A DNA stretch of 37,860 nt from a virus (IMGVR_UViG_2541047762_000007); one strand, 5' to 3'. Numbered from the stretch's first letter, positions 8,707-18,297 are shown. The notes: generated by a model not told the origin, from the sequence alone. Program-made: numbers and translations.

Positions 8707-9587
8707 ACACTCCTCGTCAGTATTCTGGCGGCCACTGCACTTAATCCCGGAGACATGCGGTTGAATGCTGTGCCGGCGGCGTTAAGCTGCCCGGAAACGG
8801 TATCCAGAGCACCTGCAATATTTCTTTTGTCCACACCACTCAGCGCAGACTGTGCCTGCTGTACATACGTGGCTGCTTCGCTGGCTGTTCTGGCCAGACT
8901 GATGGCATCGGGCATGGATTCAGAGAGTGCGTTAAACGCCGGAACACTTTTCCCCAGAGCCCCGGAGATATTACCCAGTCCGCTCATCAGCCCCGGCACA
9001 CGGGTCAGTGCGACAACGGGGTTATCCTTCATTTTCTGTGTCACCCGAACGGCGCTGATAGTGGTCTGGAGTACAGACTGCGCCTGTTTCGCATAGTTGA
9101 CGCCGTTGCGGATGAACTGCGCCACCCCTGAAGGTGAAGGAATGGCACCGGAGACCGCCCCGACACCCGGGAGCTTCGTGCGTATTGCCGGTGGTTGCAG
9201 AGGATTTTTCGGGTCACCGGTGTATTCCCGGAGAGACACGGTGGCACTGACAGCCAGCACGTTGCCGGTACTGTCAGTCTGCTCGCTGGTTGCAGTCACA
9301 TCGGTAATCACGAACCAGCCGCGATAGTCACCGTTGCCGAAGACCAGCGCCAGTGCCTGATGGGCTTTCATGGCTGTTCGCAGTCTCGCCAGCTCCACAT
9401 CGGGTACACAATAATGCTGATGGAAAACCAGAGTTATCTGGATTTCGTCCAGCCTGTCGCCGACGAATTGCAGGCCAGGCTTCCCCCCGATGCGGGCATG
9501 CTCCGCATAATCGACGCCGAACGTGGCCTCGAAGCCGTCCCAGTAGGTAATCAGCTCAAACTCAATATCACCCAGTACGGCAAACAT
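8703..9587 (-). CDS. Tail protein (Mu N / DNA circulation protein-like position)
   Basis: 294 aa, immediately downstream of the tape measure gene and coupled to it. Confidence 0.55.
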   Translation of the reverse strand: MFAVLGDIEFELITYWDGFEATFGVDYAEHARIGGKPGLQFVGDRLDEIQITLVFHQHYCVPDVELARLRTAMKAHQALALVFGNGDYRGWFVITDVTATSEQTDSTGNVLAVSATVSLREYTGDPKNPLQPPAIRTKLPGVGAVSGAIPSPSGVAQFIRNGVNYAKQAQSVLQTTISAVRVTQKMKDNPVVALTRVPGLMSGLGNISGALGKSVPAFNALSESMPDAISLARTASEAATYVQQAQSALSGVDKRNIAGALDTVSGQLNAAGTAFNRMSPGLSAVAARILTRSV

Positions 9588-12538
9588 CAGCGGTACTCCT
9601 TACGTTGTTTCTGAGCCAGCAGACGCTCCAGCATTTTTTCCAGCTCATGCAGACTCATATTCAGGGCACCAGTCAGTCCTGCAGGCGCTGTGGTTTCCCT
9701 GCCATTGAGGAAAAACTGAGGATTAAAGCTGACCTGGATACCACCAGACGTTCCACCGCCGGTTGCAGCTGCACCACGGCCTGAATATCCGGCAGCCAGG
9801 ATTTCAGGCGAGGGGATACGGGGAACATCCGGTGTCATCTCATTTGCCAGACGTTGCCCTGGTAAAATCGATGCCCGGGTGGAGAGCGGAATAGCGGGCA
9901 TGGAAGACAAACTATTGATTACGGATCCGATCGCATTTTTAGCAGACGACATAAACCCGTTGATATCGGGCAACGGCATACTGAAGCGAACACCTGAAGT
10001 GTTATCCCGTATTTCTGGCCCCTGAATGCTCACGGGCATTTTGGGGAGCAGTTCACTGACCATTCGCTGACCGGCCAGAGCTGCAAGCGGAGTGCTCCGC
10101 TGCAGGCCAATGGCGGCCCCCTGCGCGATATTGTCACCAAAGCCCATAAACACGCGGCTCGGCGAATGAATGCCCAGCTTTTCGCTGAACCAGCCACTGA
10201 TGCTGTCGCCCATTCCGGTTACGCTGGTTTTGAGTGACTCCCATTTGTTTTTGATACCGTTAATCAGACCGTCGACAAGATGGCCACCGAAGTCGGTGAA
10301 CTTTGCCGGCAGCTCAACGCCGAGATATTTCAGCGCAGCTGCAAAGGCTTTATAGAGCAGACCTGCCGGCGACCAGTTAATCAGCAGCTTACCAGTTCCC
10401 ACGATACCGCCGTTAAAGGCTTCCTGAATGTCAGCCCAGCGTTGTTTAAACCAGCTACTGATGCTGTCACCCATTCCGGTTACACTGGATTTGAGCGCCC
10501 CCCATTTGTTTTTGATACCGTTAATCAGACCGTCGATAAGATGGCCACCGAAGTCGGTGAACTTTGCCGGCAGAGCAACGCCGAAATATTTCAGCGCAGC
10601 CGCAAAGGCTTTATAGAGCAGGCCTGCCGGCGACCAGTTAATCAGCAACTTACCAATTCCCACAATGCCGCCGTTAAAGGCTTCCTGAATGTCAGCCCAG
10701 CGCTGTTTAAACCAGCCACTGACTGCCCCCCAGTTGCGGTAGATAAGGTAAGCTGCTGCCGCGACAGCGGTGATAACGAGACCGATGGGATTCATCATCA
10801 GCGCACGTCCAATCCAGAGAACAGCACGTCCGGCGAGCATAATTCCGCGAACCAGCCCCCCGGAGAGCACGCCACTCAGTGTTCTGGCTCCTCTGGCGAC
10901 GGCGCTAAATCCGGTCACCAGCCAGCGGAGCTTACCGCCTTGCCCCAGTGCGAGCGACAGACGAAGCCAGTTGGCCCGAAGTAAAACAGCATTTTTCCAG
11001 ACACTTACAAAGGGGGAAATAAGGAGATTCAGCCCCAGTTTGAGACCAACAGTCGCTATCTTAATCGCAAGGAGCGCACTGATGAGCTTAAAAGCCCCAC
11101 TGACAAATTGCGGGTGAGTCGCTACCCAGTGTTTTGTCCCCTGAATGAGTGGGAGCAAGTCCTGAGTCAGAGAAATAAAAGATGGAGCTAATTGATCGCC
11201 CAGCGTAATTGCCAGATCGCGACTGCTGACCATAAGTGCTTTAGTGGCTTCAAGGGGAGATTTCAGCCGCTGATCATAAGCACTGGCAAGCAAATCGTTA
11301 TCCGCAGCCCTGAGAGCACCGGCGCGGATCTCGCGATATCTGTCCATGTTGGCCAGCATCGGGCGGATAAATGCCATGACCTGCATATCCGCGAACATAT
11401 CACCCAGACCAAAGTTTTTCGCCAGAGCCTGAAGTGCCTCATCTCTTGCCGTATCATTCTTTATTTTCATGGCGGATTTGAAGCCGGCCAGCGCTTCGGG
11501 GCTTTTGGCATTGAGGTAACGTTCTATAACACTCAACATCCCTTCAATCGGAGAGATCCCCGCAGCCTTATAACTCGCAATAGATCCCTGCAAATCAATA
11601 CCCAGATCAGCAAACTGTTTCTGAGTATCGCGGGCAAAAATTTTGGTAAGAAAGTTTTTAAAATTATTGGCTGCCTCGTCGGTGGAACCTGCACCGATTT
11701 TTGCTATCTGGAGACTGGCCCCGATTTCAGCAACAGCCTCTTTTCCACTGGCAATACCCGCCATCATTGGGGCCAGGGACTGCATCCACTTGACCTGATC
11801 CGGGATTTCAAATGACCCCTGGTCACCGGCATAAGCCATAATATTCTGAACGGCACCAAAATCTCTGGCCGCACCTTTCAGGGAGTTTTGCCAGACTGCG
11901 GCCACTTTTGCCCAGTCCTGAGCAGACGTGCGTGTTGCCGTTGCCGCGCGGGCAATATCCGGCATCAGAAAACCGATATCTGACACATTATCAATATTGT
12001 CGCTGATGAGTGAACCCACCGCCTCCTGCAGCTCATCCTGATACTGATTGTATTTAAGCGCCCAGCCTTTTATCTGTCCGGCAAGTGCATCCCGCGTTTT
12101 ATTGTCATATTTTGCGGTGATCGACATATCAATCATTTTGTCCTGAAAAGACATGGACTGCTGAACGGCAGGGGAAACCGTATGATAAACAGTCTGTGCC
12201 ATGCCATACGCTTCAATCCCCTGACCATACAGCGCCATGCGGTTAGCTTTCAGCGCATCACTGGTAGCGGATGCCGCTGACAGACGGCGCTGCTGGCGCT
12301 CAATTTGCTCCATGGTGCGGCTTACCCGCAGCAGCTCGCTGTTGAGATGCTGCATCTGGGAAGAACCCAGTTGACCATAACGTTCTGTTGCACGGGTTAA
12401 AGCGTTCTGACGTTCCTGCAGGCGGCGTGAGGTATCGCTCAGGGAATCAAGCGCACGGCGGGTACCGCTCATTGCAGAACGGAATGTGCTGCCAATCATC
12501 CCGCCGATAACAACGCCGACTGAAAACTGTCCCGACAT
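9587..12538 (-). CDS. Tail tape measure protein
   Basis: 983 aa, helical N-terminus, hydrophobic central segment, located between chaperone and baseplate genes; contains an internal tandem duplication. Confidence 0.9.
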   Translation of the reverse strand: MSGQFSVGVVIGGMIGSTFRSAMSGTRRALDSLSDTSRRLQERQNALTRATERYGQLGSSQMQHLNSELLRVSRTMEQIERQQRRLSAASATSDALKANRMALYGQGIEAYGMAQTVYHTVSPAVQQSMSFQDKMIDMSITAKYDNKTRDALAGQIKGWALKYNQYQDELQEAVGSLISDNIDNVSDIGFLMPDIARAATATRTSAQDWAKVAAVWQNSLKGAARDFGAVQNIMAYAGDQGSFEIPDQVKWMQSLAPMMAGIASGKEAVAEIGASLQIAKIGAGSTDEAANNFKNFLTKIFARDTQKQFADLGIDLQGSIASYKAAGISPIEGMLSVIERYLNAKSPEALAGFKSAMKIKNDTARDEALQALAKNFGLGDMFADMQVMAFIRPMLANMDRYREIRAGALRAADNDLLASAYDQRLKSPLEATKALMVSSRDLAITLGDQLAPSFISLTQDLLPLIQGTKHWVATHPQFVSGAFKLISALLAIKIATVGLKLGLNLLISPFVSVWKNAVLLRANWLRLSLALGQGGKLRWLVTGFSAVARGARTLSGVLSGGLVRGIMLAGRAVLWIGRALMMNPIGLVITAVAAAAYLIYRNWGAVSGWFKQRWADIQEAFNGGIVGIGKLLINWSPAGLLYKAFAAALKYFGVALPAKFTDFGGHLIDGLINGIKNKWGALKSSVTGMGDSISSWFKQRWADIQEAFNGGIVGTGKLLINWSPAGLLYKAFAAALKYLGVELPAKFTDFGGHLVDGLINGIKNKWESLKTSVTGMGDSISGWFSEKLGIHSPSRVFMGFGDNIAQGAAIGLQRSTPLAALAGQRMVSELLPKMPVSIQGPEIRDNTSGVRFSMPLPDINGFMSSAKNAIGSVINSLSSMPAIPLSTRASILPGQRLANEMTPDVPRIPSPEILAAGYSGRGAAATGGGTSGGIQVSFNPQFFLNGRETTAPAGLTGALNMSLHELEKMLERLLAQKQRKEYR
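10190..10715. repeat. 261-bp tandem duplication inside tape measure gene
   Basis: CCAGC(C/T)ACTGA...TGCTGTC recurs at 10190, 10451 and 10712, in frame (87 aa). Two full copies of WFKQRWADIQEAFNGGIVG...SVTGMGDSIS appear in the protein. Confidence 0.85.
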
Positions 12539-12613
12539 AGTGGTTAACCTCCGGGGAAGGTGAAAAGACGTGAGGGGATAACGCAGAACAGCCGCTACTG
12601 GCGGCTGTCTGTA

Positions 12614-12871
12614 CTATGATTTGTCGCCGTACTCGCTTTTGATTTGCTCTTCAGCCTGCTCCAGCCACATCTCCAGATCGTCAGTATCGAGGGCATCAAT
12701 CTCCCCCGGCTGAAACCGGAACCATCTCGCCAGCAGCCCCTGCGCCTGCGTCAGCGCCCTGGTTGCTCTCACCCATCCCCGTGATGAGCTGAAATCGTTT
12801 CTGTAACTGCAGGTAATCAGCCAGATCCATATTGTCGAGATCTTCCGGGAGAAGACCAGTACTGCGGGCAA
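12614..12871 (-). CDS. Putative frameshift extension of tail assembly chaperone (GT-like C-terminal part)
   Basis: Open frame overlapping the 3' part of 12696..13031. Its distal part (EIDALDTDDLEMWLEQAEEQIKSEYGDKS) looks protein-like; its proximal part does not. Confidence 0.4.
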   Translation of the reverse strand: MPAVLVFSRKISTIWIWLITCSYRNDFSSSRGWVRATRALTQAQGLLARWFRFQPGEIDALDTDDLEMWLEQAEEQIKSEYGDKS

Positions 12872-13031
12872 TCAGCGGTTCGTCCCAGTCTGCCGGGTTT
12901 TTGCTGATTTTGCGCACCTGCTTCAGGTCTTTTACCGTCAGGCGTTTCAGTTCAACCTGCTCAATTCTGGTGCCTGCAGCAGTGGTGAAGGGATAAGACA
13001 ATTTAAAAGTATCGGATGGGGTCTGTGACAT
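12696..13031 (-). CDS. Tail assembly chaperone (G-like), candidate frameshift donor
   Basis: 111 aa directly upstream of the tape measure. A second ORF (12614..12871) overlaps in the +1 frame and ends just before the tape measure gene. Confidence 0.55.
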   Translation of the reverse strand: MSQTPSDTFKLSYPFTTAAGTRIEQVELKRLTVKDLKQVRKISKNPADWDEPLIARSTGLLPEDLDNMDLADYLQLQKRFQLITGMGESNQGADAGAGAAGEMVPVSAGGD

Positions 13032-13128
13032 GATTGTGCTCCTGTGTAAGTTCAGGGCAGTATGTCGGGAGAAGCGCGTGACGGATATTAAAGGAGATTA
13101 AGAAGAAGGGGCCGGAGCCCCTGTGATG

Positions 13129-13410
13129 TCAGCAAGTGCGAAACCCCTTGCAGTTACGCAGGAAAGCGATGAGAAGCGTCTTTCCCTCAGATTTGCCGGT
13201 GCCGGAGAACCAGTGGTCGGGAGGCTCCCATGCTTCAATCAAATCCGCCAGTTTGCGGGCCTTTGAACGTGTGCAGTCAATCGGGTCATTGGTTTTACGG
13301 GTATTAAAAAGGGTTTCCACCCCCGGAATATCAAGGAGGGTAAACCACGTACCATTTGACATGCCCAGTGCCGCACATCGTCCTCCTTTATCCGTCAGTT
13401 CAACACTCAC
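13129..13410 (-). CDS. Hypothetical protein between tail tube and chaperone
   Basis: 93-aa ORF tightly packed after the tube gene (GTG start); no recognisable motif. Confidence 0.35.
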   Translation of the reverse strand: MSVELTDKGGRCAALGMSNGTWFTLLDIPGVETLFNTRKTNDPIDCTRSKARKLADLIEAWEPPDHWFSGTGKSEGKTLLIAFLRNCKGFRTC

Positions 13411-13412
13411 CG

Positions 13413-13934
13413 TCAGCCCCCGATATTGATACGGTAGTCAGTCAGTTGATCAACACCGCCGACCCGGAAGATGTTGGCCAGATAGTCCAGTTGCAGCAGC
13501 TCTTCACCATCCAGTACCTGTCTGATATACGTGCAGGTGAAGCTACTGGAGAACTCGGCGTTCTCGTGCTGTTTGAACGTCCCCAGCGGGTTCTTCTTGA
13601 ACATAATCGTCAGGAAGGTGACCAGCGGGATTTCGTCAATCAGCCCCTGCGAGCTGTAGCGCTGGACGCTGGAACGACACTGCAGTGCCAGCGACCTGTA
13701 CGGGTTCGCGGCTGACAGCATCGCATCGCGGTAAAAGCTGTTCCATTTGATTTCGCCTTCCAGTTTGTCAAAACCAGCCGGGAGTTCCACCTTACCCACC
13801 ATCCCCAGCGCCTTGTGTTCCTGCATAATCATGGAGACATCGGGGAGTTTAACTTCCTCAGCCCGTCCCAGCAGGTTAGTACCATCCAGATAGATGTTGG
13901 CATTCGTGATGCGGTTTATCTCAATCTTTGACAT
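13413..13934 (-). CDS. Tail tube protein (Mu M / P2 FII-like)
   Basis: 173 aa immediately downstream of the sheath gene. Confidence 0.8.
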   Translation of the reverse strand: MSKIEINRITNANIYLDGTNLLGRAEEVKLPDVSMIMQEHKALGMVGKVELPAGFDKLEGEIKWNSFYRDAMLSAANPYRSLALQCRSSVQRYSSQGLIDEIPLVTFLTIMFKKNPLGTFKQHENAEFSSSFTCTYIRQVLDGEELLQLDYLANIFRVGGVDQLTDYRINIGG

Positions 13935-15361
13935 CAGTTGCCCCCTTTCAGGGTTAACAGGTATTCCGAGGTGATCTCAGTCTCAAACGTCAGTCGCTCC
14001 AGCGGCGGCGGTGGCGTATATTTGTAGCTCAGCAACAGGTGCCCGGCGGCCAGCTCCGTCTCCGGATTGCGGGCCGGATCAAACCAGCAACGGAAGCCCA
14101 GTACCGCACCATCACCAGTCATTTTGCGACCGTAGGCGTTGACCGACTCCGTCAGTGCATCAATCAGCGCCTGAGTAATCGGCATGTCGATGTACTGCTG
14201 GCTGAAATAACGAATGGACTCGTTGATCACATCACCGGTGCGGCGAACGTTCTCAAAGTTACGCATATGGGTGACCGTTGGCCATGCTGCCGTCCGGTTA
14301 CCCCACAGACGAAGGCCGCTGCCGTAACTGCTGAATACCGTGGTGATCCCCTGTTCGTTAAGCAGGTTCACCTCACTCTGCGGGTCATCAATCATCGCGG
14401 ACAGCTGGCGCTCCACGCCGGTGATCCCCAGAATCTCCTGATTGGAGGATGACCACCAGTAGCCCTTGTCCAGATCGACTCTGGCACGCAGACCTGCTGC
14501 ACGCTGGCTGAGCGGCTCCAGACGCTCTGTGTTTGTCACCGGGTCATATACCTTCACATGCGGATAGCACAGACGGACGCGGTCGGAGCTGGTATTGAAG
14601 TTGATGGTGCCTTCCGGGCCACGACCTGCCAGAGCCTGTGCAAAGGTGGTACCGACAGGCGCATCAATGTAGGTTACCGCGCCCAGCTTCTCTGCCATGG
14701 CGATAAGCTCAACTGCGACACTCTTCTGGGTGCAGAACACCGGCGCAATCAGAATTTTGGCGAAATAGCCGTACAGGTTGAAGCTGTCGTTAAGCAGCTT
14801 CATGCCGGTTCGGTTTCCGGCGCTGTTCACCCCGCCGATGATGTCCGCCGCAGTCACCTTCGACGGGTCCGCGTACTCATAGCTCACCTTCACGCTGCCA
14901 CCGGCCTCAATAGCCTTGCCCAGGTTCGTGAGCACACCCGCCTGCGCATCAACACGGTAGTCCGTGTTCGCCGTGTGGGTGGTGCTGCCTTCACTGTTTT
15001 TCACCACCACATTAGCGACAACCGGATGCGCCAGTCTGGCCTGCCCTGTCGATTTGTCAAAGGTAACCACCTCATCCTCGATCGCCGTTTTATGTTTCGC
15101 CGGGTCGAGGACGTTAATGACCAGAACGGTGCCTGCACTATGGTCATAAATCGCATCCAGCGCCTGCGGAATGGTAAAGCCGGTGAACTGGCTGCCAAAT
15201 GCCGCTGCGTCTTTCTCAGACAGGCACTGTACCAGCGTATTGACATCCCCCATCGGGGCGGTACCAATCAGGCCAATAACGGCAGATTTCACCGTTTTAA
15301 CCGGGCGGGCTCCGTTTTCCACCTCAATGGTTTCGACGCCATGCAGATAGTTAGCTGCCAT
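13934..15361 (-). CDS. Contractile tail sheath protein (Mu L-like)
   Basis: 475 aa, sheath-like composition, followed by the tube gene. Confidence 0.9.
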   Translation of the reverse strand: MAANYLHGVETIEVENGARPVKTVKSAVIGLIGTAPMGDVNTLVQCLSEKDAAAFGSQFTGFTIPQALDAIYDHSAGTVLVINVLDPAKHKTAIEDEVVTFDKSTGQARLAHPVVANVVVKNSEGSTTHTANTDYRVDAQAGVLTNLGKAIEAGGSVKVSYEYADPSKVTAADIIGGVNSAGNRTGMKLLNDSFNLYGYFAKILIAPVFCTQKSVAVELIAMAEKLGAVTYIDAPVGTTFAQALAGRGPEGTINFNTSSDRVRLCYPHVKVYDPVTNTERLEPLSQRAAGLRARVDLDKGYWWSSSNQEILGITGVERQLSAMIDDPQSEVNLLNEQGITTVFSSYGSGLRLWGNRTAAWPTVTHMRNFENVRRTGDVINESIRYFSQQYIDMPITQALIDALTESVNAYGRKMTGDGAVLGFRCWFDPARNPETELAAGHLLLSYKYTPPPPLERLTFETEITSEYLLTLKGGN

Positions 15362-15605
15362 GGGAGTCCTCCGTTTTCACTTCGCTGTCACTGCTGCTTC
15401 TGCGCTTTGGTGACTGCACAGCCGGTGTGACGGCGGGTTTAGTCTCTTCAGATACCGGCGTCAGGTGCTTCAGCGCCACCAGTACCTTCACGTAGTCATG
15501 CTCCTCCGGCAGGGAAACCGTCTTCCCCGGCCAGAGCAGGATTTCGGTTCCGTCCGACAGCGTGACGCCGCTGGCCGGGCCGGAATAGCGGTATTCTTTC
15601 ATCAC
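15351..15605 (-). CDS. Hypothetical protein (Mu gp38-like position)
   Basis: 84-aa ORF coupled between head-completion genes and the sheath gene. Confidence 0.5.
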   Translation of the reverse strand: MMKEYRYSGPASGVTLSDGTEILLWPGKTVSLPEEHDYVKVLVALKHLTPVSEETKPAVTPAVQSPKRRSSSDSEVKTEDSHGS

Positions 15606-16066
15606 TCGCTTTCCTCATAGTTCACTTCGGTTAACAGCGGGCCGGACGGTAAATCGCTGTCTTCGATAAAGACGCTTTCAGTCGCGAAGTCGAGGGCGTA
15701 TTGCCACAGCCCCCTGACTTCACCGATAAACACCTCGCGGGTCAGCCAGATACGGCGGCGGCACCCGGGCGGGGTGTGGCCACCGAGAATGCGGCGGACA
15801 GCATCCAGGACATTAATCGCCCCTTTTTTACCGTTGAGCTGGCGGAAGACCACCGTGACGCAGAGCTGGATAGTCTGAGACTGGATCACCGCACCGGTAT
15901 CATCCGGCCTGTCAAAGCGCGAACCGGCATAGCTCAACAGCAACGCGCCAACCGGATGGTTCAGGCGATATTCAGCCGGTTTCTCCGGGAAGTACTCCAC
16001 CTGCAGTTGCGGCAGCTTCTCGCGTAACCGGGCCAGTACCGCATCAAGGACGGGCAGAACGTTCAT
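15602..16066 (-). CDS. Head-tail joining / completion protein (Mu gp37-like position)
   Basis: 154 aa, coupled in the operon. Confidence 0.55.
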   Translation of the reverse strand: MNVLPVLDAVLARLREKLPQLQVEYFPEKPAEYRLNHPVGALLLSYAGSRFDRPDDTGAVIQSQTIQLCVTVVFRQLNGKKGAINVLDAVRRILGGHTPPGCRRRIWLTREVFIGEVRGLWQYALDFATESVFIEDSDLPSGPLLTEVNYEESE

Positions 16067-16512
16067 CAGTATTTCTCCAGTAAACCGTCACGACCGCCGA
16101 AAGTGGCCGGGCGACTGCGTACACGAAACTCGCCAGGCTCAGGCACATCTTTCTGAGTGGACGGCAGCCCCAGCGTGAGCCTGTTATCACGTAACTCCCT
16201 GAGTTGCCGCAGCGCTTCTTTGTGGTCATCCTTCACCGTATCCGGGAGGTCACCTTCCGGGCGGCGGGCGTAGAGCCGGTAACGGACCAGCGTGATGGCA
16301 ATGTCCCGCAGAACAGTCGGTATCTCTGCCAGTGGCAGGATATAGCGTCCGCGCAGATGGGCATCAATCAGCTCGTCGGCATAGCGGATACAGCTGTCCA
16401 CCACACGGGTATTCACTGTTGCAGGCGAGTCGAAGTCCATCTCTTCACTGGTGAGCTCGATAAGCGTCCGCTCCGGCACCTGCGCAAGCAAATCCTCCAG
16501 GGTGCAGTACAT
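16066..16512 (-). CDS. Head completion protein (Mu gp36-like position)
   Basis: Start reassigned to the ATG at 16512 (MYCTLEDLL...), which abuts the upstream gene's stop; the ORF-track start at 16674 overlaps that gene. Confidence 0.55.
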   Translation of the reverse strand: MYCTLEDLLAQVPERTLIELTSEEMDFDSPATVNTRVVDSCIRYADELIDAHLRGRYILPLAEIPTVLRDIAITLVRYRLYARRPEGDLPDTVKDDHKEALRQLRELRDNRLTLGLPSTQKDVPEPGEFRVRSRPATFGGRDGLLEKY

Positions 16513-16513
16513 G

Positions 16514-16852
16514 TCACACCCCGCGCAGGATACGAATGACGTCGCCTTCACCCCCGGCTTCATCAAGTGCAATACCACAGGATTTACCGTCGCCGGACTG
16601 CGGCACGGCTCTGGCCTGAGCATCTGACTGAACAGCCACACCACGGCTGACAGCGGCCCCGGCCTCGACAGCAATAATGCCCAGAACGCTCACCGGCGTG
16701 CTGTCGCCGGTAACAGCATCCACTTCGGCAACCCCGAGCGCTGCGGCACCGGCTTTACAGGGGGTATTATCTGCCCCGACAAAACGCTGCTGTGCCAGTG
16801 CTGCCCCTGCCGTTACGGTTGTGATCAGAATGACCTGCTGAGTGGTTCCCAT
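16514..16852 (-). CDS. Small head protein (Mu gp35-like position)
   Basis: 112 aa, Gly/Ala-rich, immediately downstream of the major capsid gene. Confidence 0.55.
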   Translation of the reverse strand: MGTTQQVILITTVTAGAALAQQRFVGADNTPCKAGAAALGVAEVDAVTGDSTPVSVLGIIAVEAGAAVSRGVAVQSDAQARAVPQSGDGKSCGIALDEAGGEGDVIRILRGV

Positions 16853-16861
16853 AACGCCTCC

Positions 16862-17815
16862 TTATTTACTGATACCGGTAATGAGATACCCGGCATCGCC
16901 ACCAACCACGGCGACTTTGTAGATATCGGTATAACGGCAGTACTTCACCTTGCCACCGGCTCCGTCGTATTTGTCGGCAACAGGCATCCCCTTACGACGC
17001 AGGGTGTAGCCGAAGGACGGCTCGTTCTCGTCCGCGCTGTCCGCCCCCGGCTGCGGTTTGCCGACATAGTGCAGCATCAGATTGTCTCCCCAGATATCCG
17101 CCGGCACGCTGTTCTTATCCATTGCCGCTTTCATGGACGGCAGGGAGACCGGGGCACCGATGACGATCTCTTCGATCTGAAAGAGGTCCTGCAGGATTTC
17201 TGTGGTGATGCGCTTGCGTTCGTTGGCTCCGATGGCGGCCTGAATCGCCGGGTGGAACTTCAGCAGCGCCATCACGCCGGCCCCCATGGTCATCAGGTTA
17301 GGACGCAGCCCCGTGGCCGTACGGACAGCTTCCATACCGGCTTCAATCACCCTGATGGGGTCCCCCTTACCACCGGCCCAGCGATCACTGGCTGTCAGTT
17401 TTTTGACGTGCCCGGTACGGTAGACCTTTTCATCCTGAGCCAGACGGGCAGCGATAAGTTCACGGCGCAGGTTCACGCCATTCGTGGCGCGACGGATGGC
17501 CTTGCTCTCTTCGTTAAACATGGACTCCGCCTGCTCGCGATAGTCCACCGGCGCAGCCAGATCGTGTTCACCCAGCACCAGGTCCAGCGTGCCTGTTTTT
17601 TCACGGACCAGAACATTGCTGTCCGCCCCGACGGCACGCTCGGTGTCATATTCCACAAAGGCGGTTTTCCCGAAGGTCGGCACACGCACGCCTTCCTTGT
17701 CCGTCAGCACGACGGGGAAAATACGTTCGCCAATGAATGCGGCATTTTTATAGCCTCGGGCGATACTGGTCAGTACCGGATCAACGACACGTTTACCTTT
17801 TAAGTAATCAGACAT
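16862..17815 (-). CDS. Major capsid protein (Mu T-like)
   Basis: 317 aa, position after protease/scaffold gene. Confidence 0.85.
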   Translation of the reverse strand: MSDYLKGKRVVDPVLTSIARGYKNAAFIGERIFPVVLTDKEGVRVPTFGKTAFVEYDTERAVGADSNVLVREKTGTLDLVLGEHDLAAPVDYREQAESMFNEESKAIRRATNGVNLRRELIAARLAQDEKVYRTGHVKKLTASDRWAGGKGDPIRVIEAGMEAVRTATGLRPNLMTMGAGVMALLKFHPAIQAAIGANERKRITTEILQDLFQIEEIVIGAPVSLPSMKAAMDKNSVPADIWGDNLMLHYVGKPQPGADSADENEPSFGYTLRRKGMPVADKYDGAGGKVKYCRYTDIYKVAVVGGDAGYLITGISK

Positions 17816-17829
17816 GCTCTCTCCTTAAA

Positions 17830-18297
17830 TTACAGGCAGCGTGCGACAGCAGCCTCATAGCTGATGCTTTCTTTTTTTGACAGGGCCACTGCTTTCTGAT
17901 GCAGGGCCAGACGCTCAGGATCGGCTTCCGCAAACTCCGCCACATCCACCTTCACCGTGTCGCCGACACGCTCTTTTGTGGCCTGTTCGGCGAAATTCAT
18001 CACCGGCTCCCCGTCGGAGAGCAATGAACGAAAGGCGGTGGCCAGCGGTGTGCGGCTTTCCCCCTCAGCAAACTCCACCGGCTTGTCGCCACCGGCGACG
18101 GCATCCAGCAGGGCAACCACCACGGAGGAGGCGCGGGGAGCCAGACGCCCCTCTGCGACCAGTTTTTCTGCAAAGGCCACATTGTCCTTATGCAGTTGCT
18201 CCTGTCTGACCTGTGCATCACGCGCATCGCGATCAGCAGCCTGCTGCTTCAGGCGGCGGTTCTCCTCCTGAAGGGCTTCAATCTCTTCTTTTGTCAT
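17830..18297 (-). CDS. Nested scaffold protein (Mu Z-like) from internal in-frame start
   Basis: In-frame ATG at 18295..18297 (MTKEEIEALQEENRRLK...) preceded by GAGGA 7 nt upstream; the C-terminal part is highly charged and helical. Confidence 0.5.
   Translation of the reverse strand: MTKEEIEALQEENRRLKQQAADRDARDAQVRQEQLHKDNVAFAEKLVAEGRLAPRASSVVVALLDAVAGGDKPVEFAEGESRTPLATAFRSLLSDGEPVMNFAEQATKERVGDTVKVDVAEFAEADPERLALHQKAVALSKKESISYEAAVARCL

Noticed and set aside
10170-10616. Two near-identical plus-strand ORFs (10170..10355 and 10428..10616)
   Set aside because: They are antisense images of the tape measure tandem duplication, not genes.
12696-12871. A conventional -1 frameshift in the tail chaperone
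   Set aside because: The -1 frame has in-frame stops within the overlap and its distal open segment reads as non-protein-like; only the +1 (or -2) frame gives a plausible extension.
14558-15430. 290-aa plus-strand ORF antisense to the tail sheath gene
   Set aside because: Shadow ORF in a GC-rich gene; Arg/His/Cys-rich translation with no start context.
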